Assembly (NCBI RefSeq): GCF_001194135.2
Contig: NC_068986.1
Coordinates: forward strand, 79,851,841 to 79,915,840
From: Octopus bimaculoides
Taxonomy: Eukaryota
Direction of reading: 5' to 3'
DNA length: 64,000 nt
Below are positions 24,901 through 38,133 of the stretch, one piece after another. Position 1 is the stretch's first letter. Every line of letters starts with the position of its first letter. The translations under genes were made by a program, and so were the position numbers. The notes below the pieces were generated by a model, which saw only the letters and a list, made by a program, of their open reading frames with translations, was not told where the DNA came from and did no database searches.

Positions 24901-25224
24901 GACCGGAAGTTAGAAATTCTTTTTGGTTCATACGCTTCGTCTATCTCAAACAGAGATTTTCTAACGGAATAGATATTTTCTTTTGATACAGTTTTAGACG
25001 AGGAATTCTCATCTGCTGTGCTGGCAGCTGATCTCTACAACATTGCATGATATTAGTTCTTTGTCACCAGAGAACAATATCAAGACTACCGTGTTTGCAT
25101 CGGATTGTTGTTTCTCACCAACACAGAAAGAGTCGTTTTAATTCAGAGACATTGATCTTTCGTTGGAAATTTCAGAACAACAACGAGGTAGCTGTGCTGT
25201 ATGCATATTTGTAAATATATATTG

Positions 25225-25435
25225 GTTCCAAATTTTGGCACAAGGCCAGAAATTTCGGGAGAGGGATAACTTGATTGCATCAACGGCAGTGCATAGCTGG
25301 TACTTATTTAATCGACCTCGAAATGATAAAAGGTAGAGTCGACCTAGTCAGAATTTGAACTGGAACGTAAAAACGGTCGAAATGCCACTGAGCATTTTGC
25401 CCGGCTTGCTACCGATTGTTCCAGCTCACCGCCTT
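25225..25435 (-). mobile_element. Family-A SINE
   Basis: aaattttggcacaaggccagaaatttcggg...gaatttgaactggaacgtaa...gctcaccgcctta. Confidence 0.7.
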
Positions 25436-25805
25436 AAGTGTATATATATACTGATGTATGAATGTATATATGTATGTATATATGTATGTATATATGCATG
25501 TATGTATGCGCTACCATGTGCATGTGAATGTAAGCATGCTTATGAGTACTTGTGGGGAACCGTATGTTTTGAGATATATACCTGTATGCATACATCTGTT
25601 AGCATCTCTGCATGTGGGCTTATGTACTTATTACATACTAAACTTTTGGAATGTTTTGCATATATTTTCACTGTGACATTAGAGGCTTGCAGCTGTAATT
25701 TTCTAATTAGCCGAGTCAGGTTTGGTGTGGTAAAGCTAACATTCTCATGACTGATGCAGAAACAGTTAGGTACATGCCCCATTGTCCTAATAATTACTAG
25801 ATACG

Positions 25806-26043
<238 letters not shown>

Positions 26044-27478
26044 TGTACGTGCGTATGTATGTTTGTATGTATGTTTCTCTTTGAAAATTTTAAAAATTCT
26101 TCGCAGACTTCAAGCTGCTAATTAGAAAGACTTGATTCTTTCTCTGAGCCAAGACAAATTCCAAAGATTATGAATATGTGACAGTAATTTAGTGTTTACA
26201 TACGTATAAGTGTGTGGATAAATATGCTTGCATTCAGATAATAGCTATGTATGTTTCTTTAGTATACGAGTGTGTATAATTACTCTTTAGAAATGCCCGG
26301 GTAGCATGTACACAAAATAATTGTCGTAGAATAGTGTTTTAGAAATAACACAGATTTCATCAAAGATTAATGTTAGAATCTGAAGAGCTAGACGAAGTGG
26401 CACATTGTGTCATGTTTCATCTCTTTACGTCCTGATTTCGTGTCTGTGTGTCATCGGTCATTTCAGTGCACACAAGCCTCATAACTTCTACTAATCTGTG
26501 GGCGTATACCAAAGTCAACAAATGCTATTAAACGATACAATTAATATTGTTGTATCTTGAGAGAGTCATTATGCCAATAATGATAAAGATTTGTTTCAAC
26601 ACACTAGTTCAAGTCAAGAATCCTGTAAATCAAATACGAAAATAAAGATACAATTAATAAATATACATAAATTTTAAAAAGTAAATTAATACAGATATAT
26701 AAATATACAATAAATATACATATAATTTANNNNNNNNNNNNNNNNNNNNNNNNNNNNNNNNNNNNNNNNNNNNNNNNNNNNNNNNNNNNNNNNNNNNNNN
26801 NNNNNNNNNNNNNNNNNNNNNNNNNNNNNNNNNNNNNNNNNNNNNNNNNNNNNNNNNNNNNNNNNNNNNNNNNNNNNNNTGTATATATATATATACATTA
26901 GAGGAAAATGACATCAAAAACCAAAGCAGGATGAGTATCTCAGGCCATTTATAATAATTTAATTAGGGTAAGGTTAATTTGAAGTCTTACAGCTATTTCT
27001 GGGATATTCCAAGTGATAGGCTCGCATGTCCGTACACTGGGTATTCCGTCATCAGAGACGAAGTATGTTTGAAAGTTCTCGACAGGGAAATTTAGTTTAT
27101 AAGGAATAGAATAGAAGAATAAGGAGTAAATTAAATGTAAGATTACATATAGGATAATAAAAGTTCACAGTTCATCTTTTCCCAGTCTGTTTTCATATAT
27201 CTACTTTTATTCTTTATTCATCTATTTTATTCCTTATAAACTGTAAATTTCCCTGTCTAGAGCTTTCATACATACTCATTTTTTTTCTGATGACTGAATA
27301 CCTAGCGTACGGACATGCTAGCCTATCACTTAGGATATCCCAGAAATACCTGTAAGACTTCAAATTAACCTTACCCTAATTAAATTATTATAAATGATAC
27401 AGTTCGATATTTAAGAGATGAGGTATTATGTACATTATTTATACTTCACGGATATTTGTCCTCATCTTGTTTGTTGTT

Positions 27479-27524
27479 AACACAACGTTTCGGCTGATAT
27501 ATTCTCCAGCCTTCATTAGGTGTC
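27479..27524 (-). ncRNA. Minimal type I hammerhead motif, family 1 (G5A core change)
   Basis: GACAC CTAATGA A GGCTG-loop-CAGCC GAA ACGT T GTGTT. Confidence 0.65.
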
Positions 27525-27571
27525 TTGGAGAAATTTCGAACCTGAGTTCTCATTCCTCAGGTATTTTTCTA

Positions 27572-27639
<68 letters not shown>

Positions 27640-27713
27640 TCACTGCCAGAAATCGAACTCGGAATCTTGGGGTTAATAGCCCGCACTTTAACCACTACGC
27701 CATATGCTCATGG

Positions 27714-27757
27714 GCACCTGATGAAGGCTGGAGGGTAAATCAGCTGAAACGTTGTGT
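27714..27757 (+). ncRNA. Minimal type I hammerhead motif, family 1 (intact core)
   Basis: GCAC CTGATGA A GGCTG-loop-CAGCT GAA ACGT T GTGT. Confidence 0.7.
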
Positions 27758-28053
27758 GAACAACAAACAAGATGAGGACAAATATCCATCAAATGTAAAT
27801 AATGTAAACAATATTATAAATGACTTGAGATACTCGTACTGCCTTGGTTTTTGATGTCCTTTTCCTCTAATGCAAACCTGCTAACACGGAAGCGTAAAAT
27901 GGATCCCTAGCTCCAGCCGCAACTGTGAACTTGGAACCTAATGGATGACCAATTCAAGTACTTACTCAGCGTACCTATTTGTTTAGTTCACCAGTGTACT
28001 AAAGCCCTCATATCCTCAATATATATACACAAACACACACACACATACACACA

Positions 28054-28261
28054 TACGCGAAGGAATGCTGAAAAGTTCCTGGCTTTGGGTAAAAGAAAAT
28101 ACGGGAGGATCAGTTAATTATGATTTTGTGCAACATATTCCTTTCTCAGATATATACACTTACTGCAGCGGCTCTTCAGTAAAAGAATTCCGGAGGTTGG
28201 GACACCAACCAGGCCTTTCGCGAAACCCTTAAAGCCAAGAACTTTTCAACACCCCCTTGTG
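28054..28261. mobile_element. Mariner-type MITE
   Basis: About 35-bp imperfect TIRs gaaggaatgctgaaaagttcctggcttt / aaagccaagaacttttcaacaccccct. Confidence 0.7.
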
Positions 28262-29500
28262 TGTGTGTGTGTGTGTCTGTGTCTGTGTGTGTAAGTGGGT
28301 GGGTGTGTGTATAGATATCCATACATACATCTACAAGACTATTTGAAACATCCCACACTGGGAAGTGGTTAGAAAATCTTTTTTTCTGTTGGGACCATAA
28401 ATATATTCTGAAAAAAAAAAGCAATAATTGTCTTTAAAATTATATGGATTCCTTATGAGTTTGCATACAGCCAATTTTTGAAGAGTTTGAAGTGTAGTCG
28501 TTTAGTATATTACAGGAGTTAATTTGATCGAACTAGGAATGATAAAGATACTTTCGAGACTGGCTGAATTGATTTGAACTTAGAAACTATAGGGAGAAAA
28601 CTAAATTTGGTTAAGTATTTCATTTGGCTCTTCTCTGTGTCAACCCTCCTAAGGCATTATTTATTTCAAAAACATGCATACAGACACGCACAAACATATA
28701 AACATGTATATTATATATGGATATATATTTATATGTTATATATGTGTGTGTGTTTGTGAAGTGTCTGTGTATGTATGTATGTATGTATGTATGTATGTAT
28801 GCATCCATGCATGTTTGATAACTTAGGCTTTACCAATTATTGGCTCAGATCACCGCAGATTTCAAGAAGAATCACAAACTAGATATACAGGACTGTAAAG
28901 TGATTGGCAAAGAGAAATAGAATTCTGTAAAGACTAGAATATATAACCAAGAGACGCTATCCAGATTGAAACAAACAGTTAAGTTAGAGCATTCAAGAGA
29001 TTAATGTATATATATTGAACAATAAGACTGAAATAGTCATTCTATGTTACCATTAAATTTTAGCAATCGAATGAGTGAACAAAGACAATTTTTGTGTCAT
29101 ACTATAAGCACAATCTGGTCAGAAAATATTTATTAAACAATCGGCAAATATTTATTAAAACAATTTTTCTTAATATTCTCCTACGTTTTTGTAAATATTT
29201 GCGATATAATCACGTCTGTATTGACATTAATATCATTATTCTATCGATCGCTTAATCATTTGCGTTATCAACACAGCCTTTGTTTTAAAACCTAATGTTT
29301 ATTTAACAGTAAAGATATAGCTGTGCTTGCACGTATCTATGTAGATAGCTACAGAATTATATTTATACATAAATGAGTGTATGCGTGTATCGAGTGACCT
29401 TTCTTTAGATGTGATCTAGGATGTCTGTATTTGTAAAAACAGCACAGCGCTATTTCAGATGCAGGAGGGTGCAGTACCATACTGTGCGTATGCATATCTG

Positions 29501-29546
<46 letters not shown>

Positions 29547-29780
29547 NNNNNNNNNNNNNNNNNNNNNNNNNNNNNNNNNNNNNNNNNNNNNNNNNNNNNN
29601 NNNNNNNNNNNNNNNNNNNNNNNNNNNNNNNNNNNNNNNNNNNNNNNNNNNNNNNNNNNNNNNNNNNNNNNNNNNNNNNNNNNNNNNNNNNNNNNNNNNN
29701 NNNNNNNNNNNNNNNNNNNNNNNNNNNNNNNNNNNNNNNNNNNNNNNNNNNNNNNNNNNNNNNNNNNNNNNNNNNNNNNN

Positions 29781-29834
<54 letters not shown>

Positions 29835-30146
29835 TATTGGTATCTTATATAATATACATAATGATATATATATACATACATGTATGTATGTATGTATGCA
29901 TGTATGTATGCATGCATGTATGTATATTTGTATATCTGTACGCGAGTGGTATTTACTTTTTTCAATTCACTGGAGATTGAACGCTAATCACTTGAATTAT
30001 CTCCCCTTTCTTATTTGGAGTCTTGAAAACTGCAGCTAGTTTAGGTGTTTCTTTACTTTATCTTGAAGCGAAGCGACTAAGTATGTTCTCTTCGAGGGAA
30101 AGTAAAGGCATACGCACGCACGCACACACACACACACACACACCCA

Positions 30147-30178
<32 letters not shown>

Positions 30179-30499
30179 TACACACATACACATATATACA
30201 TATATAATCTAATAAATACAGGATTTAATGTGAGTCAACATAAGTTTCATGTTTCAAGCGTACAGTAATCAGACGAGCATGTATTGCCAGCCGTGTACTC
30301 TCCTGAAATCATTCAGCCTCAAAAATAACCTTGAAAACTGAGAAAACTGAGAAAAAGTAAGGAAGAACAAGAAAGAACTACAAGAAACGAAAAGAAAGAA
30401 ACGACAAAAGCTTGCAGAGCGGAAAGGCAAGAGTTGTGTCCCCTTGGACTGTTAGAATAATAATTAACAGTCCTTGGATATGTCAATTCATCGGAGAAA

Positions 30500-30800
30500 G
30501 ATTGAAGATTGTAAGACTGCATGCTTGATCCAGCGAGTGATTGGTTTTCTCCAGTTCGATAGTAGAAACTTGTCGAGATGCTTACATCTTGTGATAATCT
30601 CCGATCTCGTGTGCAGACGGTCTGTGAGGTTGTTAGATTTTAAAAGGATAGAAGTTCTTTCAGCTATACAAAGCCTGCACCTCCTTGACCTATTAACGTA
30701 TGTTATGAATTGCTGGTAATGTGCAAGGGATTTTTGGCATACAGTCTTACCCTTTAATCTTTCCCCGTCGAATTAACACCACCAACTTTTGTTTATTGTT
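30500..30800 (-). mobile_element. Penelope-like element, C-terminal endonuclease remnant
   Basis: Minus-strand YVNRSRRCRLCIAERTSILL...RLHTRSEIITRCKHLDKFLLSNW matches the KRCxLCxxEK...RSE..SKCRHxxKFLL ending of Penelope-type ORFs. Confidence 0.7.
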
Positions 30801-31125
30801 GTTCTAACGGCCCAGAGAGACTCAACTCCTTTTTCCCTTCACTGAAAGTTTTGCATTTGCTCGTTTTTTTTTCTTATTTTTTCGCGTTCTTTTCTTTTTA
30901 TTTTCTCTGGCTCTTCTCTGCTTTTTCTCAGATAACAAGCATGTTCATTCTGAGCCTGAATTATTATGGGATAGTACTCTGTACGCTATGTAAGCACAGT
31001 CCATTTCTGTGCTATCGGTGCGTGTAATTTATAGTAGCCCACATTTAAACCCTGTGTTTAATTTTTGATATTTATCTCTCGCTGGATGGAATACTTTTTT
31101 CTTTACCAATAACGGGACAGTACAC

Positions 31126-31195
<70 letters not shown>

Positions 31196-31626
31196 GTGAG
31201 AGAGACACAGACGACAGACAAACGGAAAGACAGATAGAGAGATAGATCAGTAATATATATCGATATGTAATTATAAGATCCAAGAATCTAACCGTAGGAA
31301 ATGTGTAAGCTTCGAACAAACCGTGGTAGGTATAAAAAAACAACGTCCAGGAACAATAATAATTTCTTGGCGTCGAAGGTTGTAGGCTTTTCCCATACCG
31401 GAGATCTATAAGCTGAGAATGTTTTCGTATAGCTCACAATTTCAAATTACACCTTCGGTGCGTTAATTTTTGATTCCCAAACGACAATGTAACCTCCATA
31501 TAATTAAGGTATCTTCGGCGTGTTGAGTAGCTGGCTGATTACCCTTGTTGAGTAATTATTAAATCAGAAGATATGCTGCGAAACATGTAGCTTAGATCTT
31601 CCCTGTCGCGCTCCCACAACTTGGAG

Positions 31627-31657
<31 letters not shown>

Positions 31658-31661
<4 letters not shown>

Positions 31662-32047
31662 TATGGAAATATTTTATTCTCAAACGCATAATAATAATGC
31701 TGAATAGCATGGAACATACTTATATTGCAGAAAAATTTGTTAGCGGCCAGCCATGAGACTCGAACTCACATCTCTGTGATTACCAGCCATAGTGCTTTGC
31801 CTCTTTAAGCTAAACTGCCCACTAACAAATTCTTTTGCAATTTTTCAACTTATAAATTTAACTTTTATAGACGCTATATGTGAAAGTATGATGTATGTAT
31901 ACAAACAAAGTTTGTAATCACAGGGATGTGCGTTCGACTCTCATGGCTGGCCGCTAACAAATTTTCTGCAATATAAGGATGCTCTATCTTATTTATGCTA
32001 TTCACCATTATTACTATGCATTTGAGAATAAAGCATTTCCATATCTG
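31658..32047. mobile_element. Foldback element whose ~125-bp inverted arms include a tRNA-derived segment
   Basis: 31658-31783 vs 31914-32047. Ends CAG...CTG flanked by TA. tRNA-like head on the minus strand at 31821-31745. Confidence 0.7.
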
Positions 32048-32137
32048 TATATTTCAATACATCTCAGCGCTTCTAAAAAAAGCAAACTTTGTTTACATAC
32101 ATCGTAATACACACACACACACACACACCCACACACA

Positions 32138-32169
<32 letters not shown>

Positions 32170-33024
32170 NNNNNNNNNNNNNNNNNNNNNNNNNNNNNNN
32201 NNNNNNNNNNNNNNNNNNNNNNNNNNNNNNNNNNNNNNNNNNNNNNNNNNNNNNNNNNNNNNNNNNNNNNNNNNNNNNNNNNNNNNNNNNNNNNNNNNNN
32301 NNNNNNNNNNNNNNNNNNNNNNNNNNNNNNNNNNNNNNNNNNNNNNNNNNNNNNNNNNNNNNNNNNNNNNNNNNNNNNNNNNNNNNNNNNNNNNNNNNNN
32401 NNNNNNNNNNNNNNNNNNNNNNNNNNNNNNNNNNNNNNNNNNNNNNNNNNNNNNNNNNNNNNNNNNNNNNNNNNNNNNNNNNNNNNNNNNNNNNNNNNNN
32501 NNNNNNNNNNNNNNNNNNNNNNNNNNNNNNNNNNNNNNNNNNNNNNNNNNNNNNNNNNNNNNNNNNNNNNNNNNNNNNNNNNNNNNNNNNNNNNNNNNNN
32601 NNNNNNNNNNNNNNNNNNNNNNNNNNNNNNNNNNNNNNNNNNNNNNNNNNNNNNNNNNNNNNNNNNNNNNNNNNNNNNNNNNNNNNNNNNNNNNNNNNNN
32701 NNNNNNNNAAATTAGCATAAGAGTAAAAACATATTAAAAGATAAAAGATTAGAAACTAGAATACCTTCCTTGTTGATTTGCTGCTTGCTATCTCATAAAA
32801 GAACATGTGAAGTCTCTTTTACTTCGCAAAAATGTGAAAGGTTTTTGTTTTTTGTTGTTTTTTTGTTTTTTCACAAGAAAATATTATTAAGGAACAAATA
32901 TTATAAGAAAATGAAATTTTGAAAGAATGTAGGAAACTATGAGTCAATGTCATGCATTCTTCCACATTCATCTAAATTGTTCAAATAATTTTTTTTTTTT
33001 TTTTGATCCATCATGATTCGAAAA

Positions 33025-34000
33025 TGGCCTCTAAGTGCTGAAAGTTCATCTAATGTGCCGGGGAAAAGCATGACATTTGGATGTAAAAGCACAAGCGTTT
33101 AGTCGATTAGAAGCTGGCAAACGTCTTGTATAAGTAGATAAGTATGTAATCATCTTATAAATGGGGTTAAATAAAGATTTCTGCCATGACAACCCCGTTG
33201 TTATCAACAAAGAAGGTGAATTGTTCAAGGAGTAAATTTTGGTGGGTAAAAATGAAAAATATGCTTTCTATATGAATGGATGACGAAACGGAATGCGACA
33301 TGCCATTAAGCCAACTAATAATGTAAAAAAAGCAAGGAGCATCTTTAGACACTTACAAGAAGAAGAAGAAGATAATTCAGAAGCATTCACAGCTAAGAGT
33401 TTGGTTTGATAGGTTCAAACGGCGGCATAACCTACACAGCATCCGTTTTTCTGGAGGAGCTGCAAGAGCAGGCGCTCAGGAAGCCAAAGAATTTCTCCAG
33501 CTTCCCACGTTTTCCTGAAATTTTATGAAGAAATAGTACCAGCGGTCATCAGTGACTTCGTTGAGCTGGCCAATGAAGGGAGAATGCAAAATGTCAATGC
33601 GGAAGATGTGGAATAGTTAATAGAGTTTCATGGTGACAGTTTTTACCTATTGAAAGGCTGCGTAAATTAGCACTGCAATACATCTAAAATAAGTTTGAAG
33701 ACGCAACCGAAGAGCCAGTAACAGCACAAAAATTTCTTACAACTGAATTCTTCAGGGGCAGCATAACTAAGATTGCTAAAATTTATGGCTGGATTTCTTT
33801 ATTGAGAATGACCTTGAATGGGATCGCAGCAGCAAGACAGAAGGAAATACTGTGGGCAGGATATCCTACGACGGATTCCAGCTTTCTGAGGAAAGACTTA
33901 TAAAATGTAGACGGCATTAGATGTAGTCTCCCTACATGTGCGGAAGAGGTAATACATGGATTTTCATTCCAGCTTTGCATCTTCTGAACTATATCGCAGT
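33025..34000 (+). pseudogene. Tigger/pogo-like transposase remnant (CENP-B-type HTH)
   Basis: KSMTLDVKAQAFSRLEAG, LSIWMDDETECDMPLSQ and WFDRFKRRHNLHSIRFSGGAA. Stops and frameshifts. Confidence 0.7.
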
Positions 34001-34399
34001 CATTCTTGTAAGCAGAATTCATAAGTAGAACTGATTAGTGTTAAATAAGTATATATTAACAATGGATATTATTTTCTAATTGTTTTCTAACCCGTTTTCA
34101 AATTTCATCAAAATATTTGGTCATGCTGTGTAACATAAGAATGTGAGAGGAAATTTAATGTTATCGAGTATAAGGGGAGAGCAGGAGTGATTCTCTGGAA
34201 TTTTCTAGTTGTTTCGAGGTGTTTATAAAATTTAATCTGTGTTAAAAATAAACTCTTAAACTCATATTCCGATATTATGCTATAATATAATGACCCCCAT
34301 TTAACACGGTTTCCTTAAGTACTGCATTTTATGAATATTTTAAGAACGCTTACAGAAGTATATGTTAATATACATATCTGTGCATGCGTATATATGTAT

Positions 34400-34459
34400 A
34401 TAAATATTGCATGTGAAGGTGTGGATGTGTATATGTACGCATGCATGCATATATGAATA

Positions 34460-34511
<52 letters not shown>

Positions 34512-34522
34512 NNNNNNNNNNA

Positions 34523-34556
<34 letters not shown>

Positions 34557-34844
34557 CTATAGAATAATATATATTTTATGATGTTATATATTATATTACA
34601 TATATATATTCAAACACACATAAATTGATACATTCAATACATATATGCATATGGATACATATGTAGGTAAATATATATATATATATGTATATATATATGT
34701 ATATATGTATACATATATCTATGCATGTATATGTTTATGTGTAATTACTATATATGTACACAGTATATATACGTATATGTACTTATATGTATATATACAT
34801 ATATGTACTTATATGTATATATATGTATGCATATATACATATAC

Positions 34845-34915
<71 letters not shown>

Positions 34916-35110
34916 CGTATATATACATATATATACGCATATACACATATGTGTGTGTGTATATATATATACGTATATGCATATATATACACATATATGT
35001 ATACATATACATATATATATATATAAACATAATTAAGGGATCAGCAAATATATGCGTGTATATATACATATATATGTATATATATACATATCATCATCAT
35101 CATCATCATC
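34400..35110. repeat. TA/TG-rich compound microsatellite
   Basis: Read directly from the sequence. Accounts for the spurious YI/TH/CV ORFs. Confidence 0.9.
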
Positions 35111-38100
35111 GTTTAACGTCCGCTTTNNNNNNNNNNNNNNNNNNNNNNNNNNNNNNNNNNNNNNNNNNNNNNNNNNNNNNNNNNNNNNNNNNNNNNNNNN
35201 NNNNNNNNNNNNNNNNNNNNNNNNNNCAGTTACGCACTGGTGTCGATGTAATCAACTTAGTCCCTTTGTCTGTCCTCATTTGTCCCCTCTATGTTTAGCT
35301 CCTTGTGAGTAATAAAGAATTAAATATATATATATATATATATATAATATACATATAATATAATATATATAAAATGTATATGTATGTATATGTATATATA
35401 TGTTTGTGTGTGTATATATATATATTCGTATGTGTGTTTGGTTGTGTTTGTGGACGTGCACGAAAATGCACGCAGATATGTATTTATATTCTTCACCTTT
35501 TCGTACGCAACGTGTAAACACTTGTAAAGTGTTACCAGCAAACTTAAAATGACTTTAGCAACGAAATAGAACCCAGCACGTTTGCACCACACGTTGATAC
35601 TAGATTGTCAATGGCGTTTTAATTCACATTTCTCCTTTACCTTAATACACAATGATCGATGTACTTCTATAAATTTCTCGCACAGCATCCATCTCCCTAG
35701 AGTTGTGTTGTTCACTCCCTTTTTAGATTTATCACAGATGCTATAAGGTACGTTCAGTCTGATGGAATAATTATGGCAATAACATGTCTATATTTTGATG
35801 AAAACTATATAATACAGCTCGGAATATATAAATAAATTTTATCTATACAGGAAAGTATTTCCTGAAATCGTTTTAAATGATCATGAGAACTAAAGCCTTC
35901 CGTTGTAAATACGTGCGGACGACAGCTTGACAGGATTAGAAGAAGCGTTGAAACTCCACAATTTGTGCCTTTCACATTTTTTTTGTTTTTTTTTCGCACC
36001 TCTATATCATGAATCTATATGTCCACAGAGATATATAGATTCCGCCATCTATATTCCTCCCTTTAAATATTCAAAATAATGGGCAAAAATCAAGTGATAA
36101 GATTGTGGAACTCATACTTTCGTATAGAATTTTGCCTTTATGTTCAAATCCAACAGGTATTTGTTTGTTTTTTTCTTCTTTTTATCAGCCTAGCATTGAT
36201 AACGTACTGTATTTTTCGTTACATAAGTTGATGTAGTATATAGTGTAAACATTGAAACATCGTCACTATCTTTCTAAATCCTGTTGCCTTTCTCATAAAA
36301 TGTTTGGTCCTTCAAAGCCATCTTTGTGCATTAGTCGACTTACCAGCAAATTTTGATCTGAAAAATTCGACTTGTATGCCAGAAAATACAGTAACCAATA
36401 CTTATATACTGGAGTCGATTCTTTTGCCTATACCTCTCCTCTAAAAGTTTTTACGGACTTAGTGTAAGAGTTTCTGTAATAATTTGAGGGTTATATAAAT
36501 TTCCAATCGTTTAAGATGTCAATAAGTTAGTTACATAACGAAATTATGCTTATTTCTCTATTAAAACGGTAGCTAATGATCGTTGCTAGTTTGTGAGCGT
36601 AACTTAATACCAGTAAATTAGAAGCAACTAATGCAATCAAAATGGCCTATTAGTCCTTGCTAGCGATAATCTAATTTTTTGGCAACGAAGAGCTAAAGTG
36701 ATCCCAAAATTTATCGAACGTCTCATTACGACTATGTATTTAACTAGGCTTAACGAGATTACATTTCAAACATAGAACCGTTATCATCTCTATCGGTATT
36801 ATTATTGCTCTTGCAATTAATATTATGATTATCATCGTCAGCAGCAGCAGCAGCAGCATCGTATTTATCAAGATCATCATCATCATTACCATCATTATCA
36901 TTATTATTGCTGTAGTTTTGAAATGAATTTCAAACGAAATTTCGTTCAAAGCTGAATTTAATTAACCATTGTTTAGAATCAAGTAGATGCCAACAAGAAA
37001 TTTTACGGTTAAGTTATATCAACACTGAAGCAAATATTTGTTGTTCGCAGTTTTCTATACAAATTAAGCGCAAAATGGATGAAACAGCTATCATATCGAG
37101 TACAGTACAATCCAATTTCGAATAAAAGTCTTCTTCATAAAAATATATTCACATCTAGCTCAATTTATATATATAGCCTTTTTATGTAATTATGATATAT
37201 TTTTAAGCTTGAAACATATTCAAACTTGTTCTGGTCTAAAAATTGGGTTGCTAACTAACTAAAGTGACTCAGCAACAATAACAAGACCCCGAATATTTCC
37301 ATACACTGAATTCTTTTATTATTTTGTTTGTCCAGTTACTCTGTAGTTTTCGATTATGCGAACAGATGTATTTTGTAGTTTCTCTATTACTAATTCGAAA
37401 CTAACACCGACCGAACACGCGATGGATTGCGACTATTCTTAGAGGTGAGGGCGACAAACGCAAAACCAAACCAACATATCCACTGCTAATAATTCAATTT
37501 TATTAACTAGATCTTACCCTACACAAGTACATGCCACTCAAATGTCTATAATCCGAAACGTCGAAAACACTCTCATATATATCCAACAGTTTATTACTAG
37601 TCATTATCTTTTATGTATATACTTTGTATGTGTATACTATGTTTTATTTTGTCTTTTTTGTATTTCGTTTTGTTCCTGATTTGTTTTTCATTGAATTAAA
37701 TGTATTCCATTGAATAAGTGTATGAAAGATGCTATTATAATGGTTGCGTAGACAATGAGCTCATAGAAACGATAGAATATAGAACAAAATCCCATTTCAG
37801 GATATATTTTCTTCGCACCAGGCCAATAATTCACGTCACAGATCGCGTGAACCGATGGTGAACAAGTGCTAAAACTAGCCGGCTCATTGCCAATCACCTT
37901 AATAACCGAAATATCAGAATTATAAACCCATTATTTATATTTTTATATGCTTTTCTATGTTTTAACATGAAAATTTGTTATAAACGATTGCAGTGTTGAA
38001 GACATACAAGAATTATTCAAAAACACACAACCGTAAACTTCACATAAACATATATTATTACAATGGAACAGCATCAGTGACCAGGTCACAGTTGGTGCGA

Positions 38101-38133
38101 CGAAAATTTTGATACCAAATAATAAATGATAGC

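Larger units (their letters stand above)
27398..27811 (-). mobile_element. tRNA-head/(AAT)n/hammerhead SINE-like element with inverted terminal duplication, copy 3
   Basis: 12-bp TSD tattataaatga (27386-27397 and 27812-27823). A box TGGCGTAGTGG (27702-27692), B-box-like GAGTTCGATTTC (27660-27649), about 90-bp inverted arms. Confidence 0.85.
26896..27872. mobile_element. Long foldback element (about 240-bp inverted arms) with hammerhead-like motif family 3 in each arm, interrupted by the 27398-27811 insertion
   Basis: 26896-~27135 is the reverse complement of ~27198-27397 plus 27824-27872. Confidence 0.8.
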
